From NCBI GenBank assembly GCA_964016885.1, contig OZ024741.1, positions 68,510,001-68,574,000 on the forward strand: a DNA stretch of 64,000 nucleotides, in the 5' to 3' direction. Each line of letters starts with the position of its first letter. Position 1 is the stretch's first letter. The stretch comes from Eledone cirrhosa (taxonomy: Eukaryota). Shown piece after piece: positions 1 through 62,096 of this stretch. The notes beneath the pieces were generated by a model, which saw only the letters and a list, made by a program, of their open reading frames with translations, made no database searches and had not been told where the DNA came from. The translations under genes were made by a program, and so were the position numbers.

Positions 1-628
1 TTTACATACATATATATGTTGGCCATCGTTCCCACCATCAACTCCATCACAAGCAAAATATCCGGCAACTCACCACACCCTCTACGGAACTTACCCACGG
101 ACATACACTCACAAACATTTTTTTTCGAACCACGCCACCTACATCTACAATACGTATAAACACCACACACACGTGCGTACCCCCACATATATACACACTC
201 AACCTCCAGAATCCTCTCCCCTCTGCCCCACCCTCTGACCCCTCCCCATCCACACGCGCACACACACACCTACCTACACCCCACCCCACACACATACCCT
301 TTCCTGAACATGGAACCTCGGTCTTCCACCAAATCTCACATTCGCATACACACACACACACACACGTACACCTACACACATACACCACCTTCAACCCTCC
401 CCGCTCGGACACCCCGCCTCCCTCTCCCCACTCCACCCTCCACCACCCTACACGCCCCACACCCTTCCACTACTTGTTTATCTTCATGTTTATTTTTATT
501 TTTATTTTGTTTATATTTATTTTTATTTGTACCCCTTTCACCGTTTTTCCTCTCCGCCCTTTTTTTCTAAATGTCTCTCCTCCACTCCCCTACACACCTT
601 CGGAACTCTCTTCCCACGCACCTTTCGC

Positions 629-656
629 CTGAAGAAGGGCTTATGCCCGAAACGTC
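629..656 (+). ncRNA. Minimal hammerhead ribozyme motif
   Basis: CTGAAGA-a-GGGC ttat GCCC-GAAAC-GTC; intact core, stem II, palindromic ACGT stem III. Confidence 0.7.
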
Positions 657-772
657 CCCCCCCCCCAAACTAATAAACCTTTGTTCGTACTGCCTCTCTG
701 TTTTGTTCCCGTTCCATTTTTCACTATGTATATATATATATATATATATATATACGTATATATGTATATATG

Positions 773-839
<67 letters not shown>

Positions 840-882
840 ATATATATGTATATATATATATGTATATATATGTATATATATA

Positions 883-910
<28 letters not shown>

Positions 911-914
<4 letters not shown>

Positions 915-1046
915 AATTAATATGTATGTGATGAAACACAGATACCAACACATCTGTGTATATATTGCAAAAGAAAATTTTTTCTTTTGCAATATATATA
1001 CAGATGTGTTGGTATCTGTGTTTCATCACATACATATTAATTTATA
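911..1046. repeat. Near-perfect 136-bp palindrome
   Basis: Arms reverse-complementary about centre ~978; (TA)n flank. Confidence 0.9.
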
Positions 1047-1109
1047 CACTGCTCAGGGGGTATTTTCCTCCTTCAAGCTAATTCCATTGTAAAAGAATTC
1101 ATTACCTTA

Positions 1110-1162
<53 letters not shown>

Positions 1163-1165
1163 GTT

Positions 1166-1221
<56 letters not shown>

Positions 1222-1480
1222 TAGTTATGTAATAAACAACATAAGATGATTAATTCATTTACCAGTGGTTTCTTGAAGACAGATATTTATATCTGTCTTC
1301 AGTCGTCAGAAAGAATAACATGGAATATTTATTAAATATGGATTTAAAGGTTTTTTAAATCCATATTTAATAAATATTCCATGTTATTCTTTCTGACGAC
1401 TGAAGACAGATATAAATATCTCTCTTCAAGAAACCACTGGTAAATGAATTAATTATCTTATGTTGTTTATTACATAACTA
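1222..1480. repeat. Near-perfect ~260-bp palindrome
   Basis: Arms of ~127 bp with few mismatches about centre ~1350. Confidence 0.9.
1400..1442 (+). ncRNA. Hammerhead-like motif inside a fold-back (mirror copy 1260-1302, minus)
   Basis: CTGAAGA-cagatataaatatctctcttcaa-GAAACCACTGGTA. Confidence 0.45.
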
Positions 1481-1539
1481 AAAAGCTCTGTAGCCTACAT
1501 AGAACACTCTCTTTTCCTTTACCTTTCCTACAGAAATAC

Positions 1540-1612
<73 letters not shown>

Positions 1613-1647
1613 AATATATAGACATATATATATATATATATAAATAT

Positions 1648-1696
<49 letters not shown>

Positions 1697-1710
1697 TCTA
1701 TTCATTTCAG

Positions 1711-19254
<17,544 letters not shown>

Positions 19255-19628
19255 AAGAATATGTAAAATGTATGACTGGGAAAATATTGAATTAATTAAA
19301 ATTAACGAATGTAAATTTTGATGAACAAAAAAAAAAAAAAAAAGGAAAATTATTTCTGTTGGAAATTTATATCAGATTTCAAAGATTTTCATTATAACAG
19401 AGACAGGAAGTTAGTACCTTGCCCCTTCTGGGTTTGTTTAATTACCTATAAACCCTTAATGTAAACGTGGAGCATTGTTCTATATGTTGCTACAAATTTA
19501 CATTATGAGATCAAGCCCCAACATTAAGGAATTCGTAGAGCGGAAAGAAAATATAAGAATTAATAAACCAGTGAGTTGGGTTTAGTTCACTTTCCTTTCT
19601 TCAATCTATTAAATGCTGTATTCAATTG

Positions 19629-19689
<61 letters not shown>

Positions 19690-19797
19690 GTTTCTACTGT
19701 TGATACAAGGCCAGCAATTACCCAGTGCATTACTGGTACTTTATTTTATCGACCCCGTAAGGATGAAAGGCAAAGTTAACCTCGGCGGGATTTGAGT

Positions 19798-20364
19798 TCA
19801 GAGCACCAATCTTAATATATTATATATATATATATATATAATATATTAAGATTGGTGCTCTGAAATATACTATGTATAGTATATTTGGCAATATACGGTA
19901 TGTTTAATTAAAAACATTTAGAAGACCATACGCTATGAGTTTTAAAGTAGTGAATATGTCACTTACTTCTTTTCGGTGAAAGAAGGGAGAGAAGCTAACA
20001 GTCTGTTTCACGCTGTTTGGCGATCATCAGAGCCACGTACTCCCTGCTTCCGCCGAAAATTATAGAAGCTGGGTTCTTATAGAATTCCAGTAATAATCAG
20101 GAGTTGATTATACAGAGCGATTGCCTGTCCAGCAAAAATTAGTTATTAGGATTGGTGCTCTGAAATAGCGATGTATACATGAATGTATGTATAATATATG
20201 TGGCAATATACCGTATGTTTAATTAAAGTAGGGACTATGTCACTTACTTCTTTTCACCGAAAAGAAGTAAGTGACATAGTCACTACTTTAAATATGATAG
20301 CGTATGGTCTTCTAAATGTTTTTAATTAAACAAACTGTATATTGCCAAATATACTATACATACA

Positions 20365-20370
<6 letters not shown>
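19798..20370. repeat. Compound direct plus inverted repeat element containing a hammerhead motif
   Basis: 19866-19980 is inverted against 20253-20362; 19846-19973 is partly repeated directly at 20146-20255; small hairpin at 19798-19863. Confidence 0.75.
19994..20033 (-). ncRNA. Type I hammerhead ribozyme motif
   Basis: gct-CTGATGA-tCGC caaaca GCGt-GAAACAG a CTGTT-agc; stems I, II and III can all form. Confidence 0.7.
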
Positions 20371-20447
<77 letters not shown>

Positions 20448-20449
<2 letters not shown>

Positions 20450-20778
20450 CAAGAAAGAAGAGTGACATGGTTTGCTATACAATAAGGGCTTTATTCACAT
20501 TGCTGACAATTGTTTCTCTGAACTGGTAGGTCTAGAGATCGCTACCCGCCTGTTTTTGCGTCAATCGAGCATGCGAGAATGAAGGAAATACACATGCCTG
20601 TGTATTTACTTCATTCTCGCATGCTCTGATGATTAGACTGGTTATAACAAAGTATTGGTGATCGATTGACGCAAAAACAGGCTGGTAGCGATCTCTAGAC
20701 CTACCAGTTCAGAGAAACAATTGTCAGCAATGTGAATAAAGCCCTTATTGTATAGCAAACCATGTCACTCTTCTTTCT

Positions 20779-20782
<4 letters not shown>
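20448..20782. repeat. Fold-back element derived from the 13395-15023 Penelope family end
   Basis: ~120-bp inverted arms similar to 13567-13690; (TA)n on both sides. Confidence 0.88.
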
Positions 20783-20814
<32 letters not shown>

Positions 20815-20817
<3 letters not shown>

Positions 20818-21279
20818 ATGGCTGCAAACTCTGCTAAGAGTACTGCAATCGTTTGTCAGATTATAGAGTTTGGTGCACTTTTAGGCTACGGCCAGTCAGA
20901 CAAATCTGTAACATATCCTGAACAAACAATGCTGTGCTTTGAATGTTTTTTAAGTGGGGAAACGCCTAGCAATCGACCACTCCCACTCTCTGAGCATCGA
21001 AAGCACTACCCGAAAAGGTGAACTGGTCAGCATTATCGGATGCTTCCGAAGTCAGAGGCTTTTTTTTCAGAGTTTCCCTCTCTTAGAAAGGTGATGTGAC
21101 AACAACGGGGTGGTGGGTGGTGATGGGGGGGGGGGGGTTCACTCCCAGATGAAAAAAACAAACAAACAAAATTACTATTTGGATGGCCGTTGACTCTGCT
21201 GAGTTCCTCCGCACTTCGCCGGGACTTGTATTTCATCCCGTAGGGTGTCCAAATATCACCCTCCTCATCAAGCTATATG
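20815..21279 (+). mobile_element. Unclassified interspersed repeat, probable retroelement 3' end
   Basis: The last ~110 nt resemble the reverse complement of 32494-32600 (ttggatggcc.ttgactct...tcaccctcctca.caag). Confidence 0.45.
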
Positions 21280-21512
21280 TGGGGTTGCTGGCTTAGTCGC
21301 CGACGACCCGACCATGCGACAGGTTATACTGGGTTGAATCTTACCAGTGACTTGACATGCATACACACATGTATATATACATACATATATTCTTACATAT
21401 ATACATACATATATTCTTACATATATACATGCATACATTCTTACATATATACATATCATATATGCATATATACATACATATATGCATTCACACATATATA
21501 CATTACATGCAT

Positions 21513-21580
<68 letters not shown>

Positions 21581-21616
21581 CTATAGCTATATATATATAT
21601 ATATATATATACATAA

Positions 21617-22597
21617 GGGAAGTAGTCTATCTTGGATCAACAACCGCTATATGGCTCCCACTTTGAAGGTTATGCTTTTGCAATCCAAGAACAGGAAATC
21701 AACACAAAATACCTGATTCACGAGAAAGATATGGAATCAGGCAACACCCATAGATGTTGCAACAAGTGCAGACTCTGCAGAATTAACATCTAAGATGTCA
21801 CCCATGTCATAAACAGCTATCCAAAGATGTCATCGCGGTACTATCTACCTATGAAGCATGATGTAGTGGCCAAAACACCGTATAGTGCAATCCGTAGAAA
21901 AGATAGCCTCGATAATAAATACATTAAAAGCTACAGCAATGTGGAAGACATACATATACATAATATGAAATAGTACTGGTGGAATGTTCCAGTAAACACC
22001 CCAACAAAATGCAGGCATAACAGAGCAGATATCATGATATGGGAGAGAGAAAAGAAGGCATGCACAGTAGTGGAAGTTAACTGCGCAGCAGATGCCAATA
22101 TAATATCAAAGATTAGCGAAAAGGAGAATATTTATGCAGAACCAATGAGAAATCTACAGATACTCCACCCTGATTACACCTTCAGATTTATGCCTGTGAT
22201 TATTGGGGCACTGGGATATGTTAGTAACTGCCTCAATACACATCTTGAGAAGCTAGGCTTTACAGGAACAGAAAGAACACAACTAGTTAGGAAATTACAA
22301 GTATAATCCATTAATGGGACAGTAAGAATATGTAAAATATTCAAAAAATTCTGCATCTAATAACTGCATGTACACATTTACAGATACAAAACATATACAC
22401 ATGCACACATATAACTCAAAACATACACGTCCACACATACAATAACACCCATACCTGCACACACATGCATGCAGATATGCATACATATCTACCTAGTTGA
22501 TGTTGTGTAAATTCCAATGAGAGAATCTTGTATCTATGTTAGAAACCGACTCTCTTTGTATTGGTAAACATTTGTGAAATTATAAAACCAGAAGAAC
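21617..22597 (+). mobile_element. 5'-truncated, decayed R4-like non-LTR element (same family as 24243-25633)
   Basis: Aligns by eye with 24661-25633; CRLCR, HNRADIMIW, VVEVNC, PVIIGALG; ends aaaccagaagaa then (CATA)n. Confidence 0.85.
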
Positions 22598-23453
22598 ATA
22601 CATACATACATATCCACATATATACATACATATATGTGTGTGTGTGTAGGTATTCCTCTTTCACTCTCTCTTTCACTCTCTCTCACTCTTGCTCTCTCTC
22701 TCTCTCACTCTCTCTCTCACCACACACACACATATATGTTAATGCTGGGTTATAGATTTATAGGTATAAATGGGTAATTCAATATATGAAGCAGAGTTAT
22801 ACTTATTTTATGTCATATGTATTTAGGTCGACTGTTGCTCGAGTTTTGCGTAGTCAACCGCTAGTGCATTCAGTGAAGTCTCTTAGCTTACGTTTGTCTC
22901 TACATTTGGCAAATGATGCCTGTACAAATGTAAGATACGAGGTTGGAATGTGTTATTTTGAAAGTGTATGTTAAAGACGGGGCGTGGTAGTGGTTTAGGG
23001 TTTCACATATTCAATGGACTATGAAATGTACGACAGTGCCAAGTATATTTTAAAAATATATTAAAAATAACCCAGGGAATGTTCTGGGAGAGTATGGTCT
23101 TTCTCTTTATTTGCTACTGTCACATTCACAATAACAATTTTATTATTTATTTTCGAATCGTTGGCTTCACCAACCAAAGTAAAAATTAGTAACATCCTTG
23201 TCCTACTACTCTTAGTCTAAAAACGAAAAGAGGATAGGAAAATACCAGTGAACAATACGTGTTATATAACATTCATAAGAAGGGTAGGAATTTTATCAGT
23301 GAAGCAACACTTGTATAACAATATAATGCAAATATGAATACACAAGACACAGTACAAAGTTAATTTAACACACAGCATACACACGCCATAAACACGTGCA
23401 TAAAGCTCCCCGCCCATATATATATATATATGTACACACACACACACACACAT

Positions 23454-23566
<113 letters not shown>

Positions 23567-23785
23567 TGCAGAGGTTAAATTTAATTTGTTGGGATTCAAC
23601 AAACTTAAACATTTTTATAACTGATATAAAGCACTCAACAGAGAGTGGAGTAAATACACAATATATTAATAAATGGAAACTATATTTATAAAACCATATT
23701 TATTTTATTATATATATTTCAAGGGGAACCAAGGCAAATTATGGCGCGCTTTCATCAGATAAAATACAACACACACACATACATG

Positions 23786-23854
<69 letters not shown>

Positions 23855-23861
<7 letters not shown>

Positions 23862-23966
23862 TCGGGACCCTGACAGCTGAGATCTGGCCGTTTAGTACGT
23901 TTAGTACTCGTTCGGATCTAGCTGTCGAAACGGCCAGAGCTCAGCCGTCGGGGTCCTGAATCTTTT
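23855..23966. repeat. Fold-back element (family also at 44206-44332)
   Basis: aaaagattcgggaccctgacagctgag...ctcagccgtcggggtcctgaatctttt. Confidence 0.75.
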
Positions 23967-24242
23967 CATATTACCCACTCTTCTACCCCAAGTATCGAGT
24001 ACTCTGGTGGGTTATGGTCCACATGGCTTTTTTTTACCAAACCCTCGCGCTCGCACACACATCCTGTGTGTGCGCGGGGGTGGGTGCGTTTTTTCATATG
24101 TAAACGAAACTTCCTCGTTTTTTTCAATTAATTACACTCTGCCTGTGCATAGAGTGCTTGATTTGGTAGCAAAACCAGTACTTCACGGTGCTACTTACAC
24201 TATATATATATAACCATAAGAACATACATACATACATACATA

Positions 24243-25633
24243 GACGAAATCCGAGCAGTTGATGTTGGAACTCGAAAAATACTGAACAACACCGGAAACT
24301 TCCACATGAACAGTGACATAGACCGCCTTTACTTGAAACGTAAGCAGGGAGGCAGAGGTCTAACATCAGTCCAGACAACGTTTGAATGTCGCATCATATC
24401 TCTCCGACAACATCTACGAACCTCGAAGCATAGGAGCCCGTTTCTCGAGCAAGTCTATCTGCATGAAACAGATAAGATCATGAGAGTTGGGAAGGAACTC
24501 CTTGAGAGATATTCCCTCTGTGATAATCAAAAACTCACACCCAGGGATATCGCTCAGCAGTATCGCAGTGAATCCATGGATGAAAAACTGCATGCCTATC
24601 AGCAAAAGATCATGCATGGATATGTTGCCAGGAAGCTTCAGGGTGAGAGTAATATAGATAAGGAAAGTAGTCTATCTTGGACCAACAACCGCTATATTGG
24701 CTCCCACTGTGAAGGATATGCTATTGCAATCCAGGAACAGGAGATTAGCACGAAATACCTGATTCACAAAAGAGATAGGGATGAAGGCAAAACACCTAGA
24801 TGTGATAACAAGTGCAGACTCTGCAGAACTAACATCGAGGATATCACCCATGTCATTAGCAGCTGTCCAAAGATGTCATCGCGGTACTATCTACCTATGA
24901 GGCATGATGTAGTGGCCAAAACACTGTATAATGCAGTTCGTAAAAAAGATAGCCCCTATAATAAACACATTAAAAGCTACAACAATGTGGAAGGCATCCA
25001 TGTACATAATATGAAAGAGTACTGGTGGAATGTTCCAGTAAAAACCCCAATAAAATGCAGGCATAACAGACCAGATATTATGATATGGGACAGGGAGAAG
25101 AAAACATGCACAGTAGTGGAAATTAGCTGCCCACAGATGCCAATATAATATCAAAGATTAGTGAAAAGGAGAATATTTATGCAGAACTGATGAGAAATCT
25201 GCAGATACTCCACCCTGATTACACCTTTAGATTTATGCCTGTGATTATTGGGGCACTGGGATATGTTAGTAACTGCCTCAATACAAATCTTGAGAAGCTA
25301 GGCTTCACAGGAACAGAAAGAACACAATTAGTTAGGAAATTACAAGTACAATCCATTAATGAAACAGTAAAAATATGTAAAACATTCCAAAAATTTTGCA
25401 TCTAATAACTACATATACACATGTACAGATGCAAAGCATATACACATGCACACATACAACTCAAAACATACACATCCAAACATACAATAACATCCATATC
25501 AACACATGCATGCATACATACATATCTACCTACTTGATGTTGTGTAAATTCCAATGAGAGAGTCTTGTGTCTATGTTAGAAACCGACTCTCTCTCTATAG
25601 GTAAAACTTTGTGAAATTATAAAACCAGAAGAA
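24243..25633 (+). mobile_element. 5'-truncated R4-like non-LTR element (CCHC plus restriction-like endonuclease), one frameshift near 25132
   Basis: RLYLKRKQGGRGL, CRLCRTNIEDITHVISSC, RHD, RPDIMIWD, VVEISCP, PVIIGALG; CATA repeats at both ends. Confidence 0.88.
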
Positions 25634-25636
25634 CAT

Positions 25637-25675
<39 letters not shown>

Positions 25676-25692
25676 TATACATATATATATAT

Positions 25693-25723
<31 letters not shown>

Positions 25724-26065
25724 CACGTGTTTTTAAGTTCTTTCGTTTCCCACCTTTCTTCTTGACCCTACCCAATTCTATTATGACCATTAAAATTCTT
25801 TAACGTCATTCACTGATTTATCATAACACCATATCCGGCTTTACCACATGTATGTTACTTTTATATGCATTGTATGCTTTTATATATTTTTAGAGCAGTG
25901 AATGGGTAGAGTCGTTGGAGCAATTAATAATTGTTTCTACTTTTGGCACAAGACCAGCAATTACTCCAGTGCATTACTGGTACTTTATTTTATCGATCCC
26001 TGAAGCGGAAGAGCAAAGTTGACTTCGGCGTAATTTGAACACAGAACATAAAGAGATCACAATTC

Positions 26066-26372
26066 CGATACTATGGGCATGTGGTTAGAATGTCTCAGGA
26101 AAGAATCGTTGGACAGATTTAACGGTTAAAACCAACTGGCAGGAGACCCAGGGGCAGAACCCGATCAAGATGGTTGGATAACATCCATGAGCTTGACTAG
26201 TCTCACTTGGGAACCCAGCGAGATCAGTTGGAGACGGTTGCTTCTGACAAGAACAGCTGGAAGGAGTGTTACAGGAATCTTTCCCCATGATCCTGTCAGG
26301 AATAAGTAGAAGAAGAAGAAGAAGAAGAAGAAGAAGAAGAAGAAAAAGAAGAAGAAAAATAAGAAGAAGAAG
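26066..26372 (+). mobile_element. RTE-like LINE 3' fragment with (GAA)n tail
   Basis: RYYGHVVRMSQERI...RRPRGR.. followed by a GAA array; homologous to 28225-28476. Confidence 0.7.
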
Positions 26373-26844
26373 AGCTGTAACTAAATAGTGTAATGTGTTT
26401 TTTTTTCGATACAAATTAATAAAACCAAAACAATTATCGTTTCAAAAATTTTATTGTTTTTTTCTTACTTTTCCACGTTCAGTGAAATTCTCCAGAATAA
26501 TGTATTCAACATTATTGCAGATATTCGTAATTTTAAAGTTTATTTGTTTTTGCTTAATTAGAATGACTTTTGATTAATTAGAATGACTTAAAACTGTAGT
26601 TCAAAGAAAAAAAAATGATCCAGTTTTTAGGTTAAAATATTTAAAAAACAACAAAAACTCACACAAAAACCAACAAAAAAAGCTATCATGAAACTCATGA
26701 AGCAAACATTTTCCTCATCTTTTCAGCTATTGTAATAACATTTAATAAAATATGTTACATATAATGTAACACATTTTAAAGGCTGGGAACCCCTTTTTAT
26801 GTCAACATCAGTACTTAACTGGCAATTATTTTAACCATCCCTGA

Positions 26845-27210
26845 ATAATTGTTTCTACTTTTGGCACAAAGCCAGCAATTACTCCAGTGCATTACTGGTA
26901 CTTTATTTTATCGACCTCGTAAGGATGAAAGGCAAAGTTAACCTCGGTAGGATTTTAACTCAGAACGTAAAGGGCCATAACTCTATGCTGCAAAGCATGT
27001 TGTCTGACGCTCTACTGATTCTATTGCCAATCCACCACCCTCGATTCTACTGCCAGTCCACCTCCCTAAATAATACCTGAATAATTGTTTCTACTTTTGG
27101 CACAAGGCCAGCAATTAACCCAGTACAATACTGGTGCTTTATTTTATCGACCTCGTAAGGATAAAAGATAAAGTTAACCTCGGTGGGATTTGAACTCAAA
27201 TCGTAAAAGT
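26845..27210 (-). mobile_element. Two adjacent SINE copies
   Basis: 26845-27040 full; 27080-27210 truncated. Confidence 0.75.
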
Positions 27211-27949
27211 GACAGCCAAAGAGGACTCAGCATAATTAAAGTTAAATATCACAAATCATTTAATCTGACACTAGGGATTTTACCAACTACCACCCTGATT
27301 ATACGCACACCTCCAACCTCTAAAAACCCAAACGGAGAATACCATGAAAAAAAAGTGCCCCCAAACGGGGAGAAATGAGGCAAAATGGAGGAGATTTTAC
27401 ATAATGAAAGCTATACCCATTTTCACAAGATAAGACATCTCTCACCCACCTCAATGGCTATTGCAAATCTCCCCGTCGGGTCTGTATACATAATATACAG
27501 GTCTGTATACATAATATTTCAGTCTTTCTTTTTGTTATTCGTACCTGGGATTTGATTTGATGTAATGAGTCTCAGTAGTAATTTTCCTCCTTGATTTATA
27601 AATATAAAAGGACTAGATTTATGTATGCTGTACCTGTTAGCTTTCCGATGAATACGTAAAAGTGACGACACGTGGCTTAATTGTTAGAGTTTTCGACTCC
27701 CGATCGTAACGTTGTGAGCAAGATTCTGTATTTCACGTTATTCCAGTTCTCTCAAATTGACAAAACTGACTTGTAAATGCAATTCAAATGGGCCAGCATT
27801 GTCACACACTGCGTCACGCTGAATCACACCGATTATTATATTCATTAAATCTCTGGTTAACTGTTTTTTTCTTATTTTCAAATATACTAAGAAGGCAGTA
27901 AGCTGAATTAAGTGCAAGAATTGCAGGACCTGGTGCACTAATACGTCAG

Positions 27950-28476
27950 CTTCAGCATTCGGTTATCAGAAGAAGAGATGTAGATGTAGGGGTAAAAGCC
28001 TAACTTGCTATCTTCAATTCGGTATTCGTATCAACCCTTACCTATGGTCATGACTCTTGGGTAATGACCGTAGGAATACGACCGCAAATATACACGGCCG
28101 AAATGGGGCCTTTCGAAGGTTCTTTGGGGTGACGTTATTCGAGAGAGTGTGTAGCTCGGATGGGAGTTCAAATAGTCACTCCAGCTAGATCTGCAACTTC
28201 TCCGAATTGAGAGATCATAGCCTCGGTACTATGGACATGTGGTTAAAATGTCTCAGGAAAGAATCACTGGACAGGTTTTACGGGCAAAAATCCACCGTCA
28301 GGAGAACCAGGGGTAGATCCCGAGCAAGATGCTTCGATAGCATCCATGAGCCCGGCTGGTGAAGCTTGAAGATCCAACCAGGTCAATTAGAGACGGTTGC
28401 TTCTGACAGGACCCGATGGAAGGCGTACTTGAGGACTGCCCCCAGAGTATAAGTGGGCAAAGAAGAAGAAGAAGAA
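27950..28476 (+). mobile_element. RTE-like LINE 3' fragment with (GAA)n tail
   Basis: AKLAIFNSVFVSTLTYGHDSW...RYYGHVVKMSQERI; GAA tail. Confidence 0.7.
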
Positions 28477-29399
28477 CTTATACTCTTCCCCCTAATGTTT
28501 TAACCATATTTTCTACTTAGAGTACTTTTATCTCTGCTACCTTTTGACTGTAGATATTGCTTACTTCTCCGCCACCACCACAGTACTGAATCAATGTGTT
28601 TTAAGCCTCCACCCTTACCTCCACTATATCTGTCATATTCATAAATTTCCCTAACCCGCTTCCACCCTTATCTTTCATTCTTTGTCTTTCCTTTCTCCTC
28701 TCCCAATCTGTATGTTTTGTTTTTCTTGACAAATTGCATTTCTAATATATTTTACATTACCAAAAGGCCAGAAATATTGGCAAGCGAAAAAAGTCAATTA
28801 TATCGATTGGTACTTGGTTTATAACTATTTTATCGATCCTGAGAAGATGAAAGGAATCAAAAATATCACAGAAAAACCGTCTCACAATTACACTGTCCAC
28901 TTTGTCGTTGTCACCTCCGCCTACACGTCATATTGACTTTTCTTACTGATTCTGTCTCATACACTTCCAAAATGTTACTTTCAATCCCCACCACTCTTTC
29001 ATTCTTTGTCTATTCTCTTAGGCTTTCTATCTTTCCCAATTTTTCTCTCTCCTACTCATTCAGTTCACTTTAACTGAATTTGTTTGCTTTGGTTATATAT
29101 TGATATCTTCTGTAACTCTTATTTGCAAAAGTTTGGTGCTCATATTTGTGCCTTTTACCCAGAAAATGCATTTCTATTTAAAACTACATTTAAGTTTCTC
29201 TGTAACTTAAAAAAATTACTTTTAATTTATGATGTTTCCATAAATATTGATTTTCAACACTGGCTGAAGGCCAATAATTTAGAAGAAAGGAAAGTTGATT
29301 ATAATTGACTTTACTGGTACTTTATTTCATCGACTCAGTAAGAATTAAAGGCAAAGTTGGCCTCGGTAAGATTGGAATTTAGAATGTAAAGAAACCGTT

Positions 29400-30030
29400 A
29401 TTTCAGAAGGAAATTACACGGCAAGATAACGACATAAATATGTTATACAATATTGGATTACTTTTCCTAAAATATGGCTAGCTCCAAACAATGAGAAAAA
29501 CAATTAGTTTTCTCTTTCATACTTTATGAAAAGTCTGGCACTATTACCAGGAGAATTTCTGTTAGTAATAACACAATTGGTTGACGTAAAAAAAAGAATT
29601 GACCACCGACGTCAAATATCAACTCTTTCACGTTATCAAGTATTCTGAATTTTCCATACAAATGAACGAGTCAGCAGTTGTGCACCATCAATGATTGATG
29701 CTAGTGTAAACGATTTCTTCACTGATCGATTGATTACTGCCCGACTCAAAAGATACGAATATTTTAGAATTAGAATTATTTAAGATATCTCTCAGGAGCA
29801 TAACATCCTATTGACCAATATGATTGCCTGCGTAGCTGATCGAATAGCTGCTATGGTAATTAGATTCAATAGTCTATTTATCTCTCCTAAAATCTGTTTT
29901 AACAGTTCATTGCATGGCTCACCAACAGCATCTAATCGCAAAAATTATAATAGAAAGTTGAATAATGTACTGCAGTTAGTTATAAAGGCGATGGAACAGA
30001 ACAATTCCAACAGATTGAGAGCTGAAATGA
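29400..30030 (+). mobile_element. Heavily decayed hAT (Buster/Charlie-like) transposase remnant
   Basis: Fragments in several frames: EFSIQMNES, NMIACVADRIAAMV, TVHCMAHQQHLIAK, resembling FSIQLDES, ACATDGAxAM and HCxxH motifs. Confidence 0.55.
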
Positions 30031-30457
30031 AGGATGATGGTGCCATAAGTACCTAACCCAATTATTTGCAATCATTATACGGCAAAATGCAACACACACA
30101 CACACACACAACCTTTAAAAAATGTTTTTTCTCCTTTTTTCATTAATTATTTTGTCGGATTAAAGAAGAAAAAAGAAAAAAAAAGATTCTTTAAATATAC
30201 TTCCCTCTTGTTTCCACCCCACACGCGCATATTCGCACATACATAAACAAATAAATCCTTTCTATAGTTCTCCCATTATTCTCCCCTTATCACCTCACCT
30301 TTTTTGGTCACTCCCTTCCTTTAACTAAACATTTTCCGGTTCAATTCCACCGGCACAGGTTGATAAGATTGCCCCCCCCCCCAAGCCAACGAAATGTACG
30401 TTCTTGGTATGTTCTATTGTAGTAACTGGCCTTAATAATTATACATATATACACACT

Positions 30458-30489
<32 letters not shown>

Positions 30490-30534
30490 CACACATTTAT
30501 ACGTATATATATATATATAAACACACATACACAC

Positions 30535-30577
<43 letters not shown>

Positions 30578-31116
30578 AACACACATACACAGATTTATAT
30601 ATATATACACACACACACATACATACATATATATACACATTTATATACATATATATATATATATATACATATGTATCTATATATATTCGTGCTAATTTCA
30701 CACTTAATACCATGCACTCACGCCCATACAAACATACTAAAGGATATATTTATAAATTTCAAGTATATTTTTGAAATCCACTTTCAATGTTATTGGCGAT
30801 TTTCATGTCATTTACACATTCAACCCCAACAAAGCAAATATAAACTAACAATAAAAATGAATCAGATCTTTTACTATTTTCAGTCATTCGACTAGTTTGG
30901 GTCTCAAGAGTTTCGTCGATCACATTGATCTCAGTACTTTATATTTATATTTTATATATATTCATGATAACTCGTTATAGCCATTCCTTAAGCTATCACG
31001 TAATAACATTTATTTCATTATGTTTTAATTTAAAATGTATATATATATTTTTTTTTTGAAAGATTATTTTTTTTCATCTGTTTTAGGTATATTTTCTTTT
31101 TCTTTTGATTTTTGGT

Positions 31117-61497
<30,381 letters not shown>

Positions 61498-61828
61498 CTG
61501 AAAATAACAATATTCATTACTTTAGTTTATTTTTCAAGCTTGATGGTGAATAACAAAGCCAAATTATATGAAAACGGCGAAGATTTACGCAGAATGCTTT
61601 TATTTTTATATTCTTTTACTGGTTTGAGTCGTAAGACAGCGGTCATTGTGGGGCAACACCTTGATTTAGTCAACCATATCGAAGCCAGTACCATTTCTTT
61701 ATCGATCTTATAATTATTTTATCAATTTTTGTTGAACCGCTAGATTACGGGACATAAACAAAGATACAGACATCAACGTAAACATAAGCATTGACACCCA
61801 CCGACACCCACTCACCCAAGTATATATA

Positions 61829-61904
61829 CAGGGTGTCTCTCCAAAATGTATACACGTATTTCTTAGAATGCTGTTGAAGTGTGTATACATTTTTAGGACA
61901 CTGA
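61829..61904. mobile_element. Tiny Tc1/mariner-type MITE
   Basis: cagggtgtc..aaaatgtatacac / gtgtatacatttt..gacactg imperfect TIRs in a TA context. Confidence 0.45.
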
Positions 61905-62096
61905 TATATATATATATATGGTCTGGATAACCAAAGATGTGGGTTCGACTCCAATGTACGGCAACACTCATCTTTTTCCATTTCTCCGAGGGTTATAAAC
62001 CCCACTATCAGGCTAGAAATTTCTTTAGTCTAAAATACGGTGAAAGCTTATAATTTCTAATTTCAAACTCGCGCACCGTTTCAAAAACATACTTAC

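Noticed and set aside
567-1697. ORFs rich in YI/HT/CV/RE/LS dipeptides here and throughout the window
   Set aside because: They are translations of (TA)n, (CA)n and (GA)n microsatellites, with no splice or domain support.
22510-22552. Hammerhead-like CCAATGA...GAAACCGA in the R4-like 3' UTR (also 25551-25590)
   Set aside because: The core does not match CUGANGA or a compensated variant, and stems are unconvincing in both copies.
29598-29626. Minus-strand peptide ELIFDVGGQ resembling the G-alpha switch motif
   Set aside because: It is an isolated match on the antisense of a decayed hAT transposase, with no surrounding G-alpha sequence.
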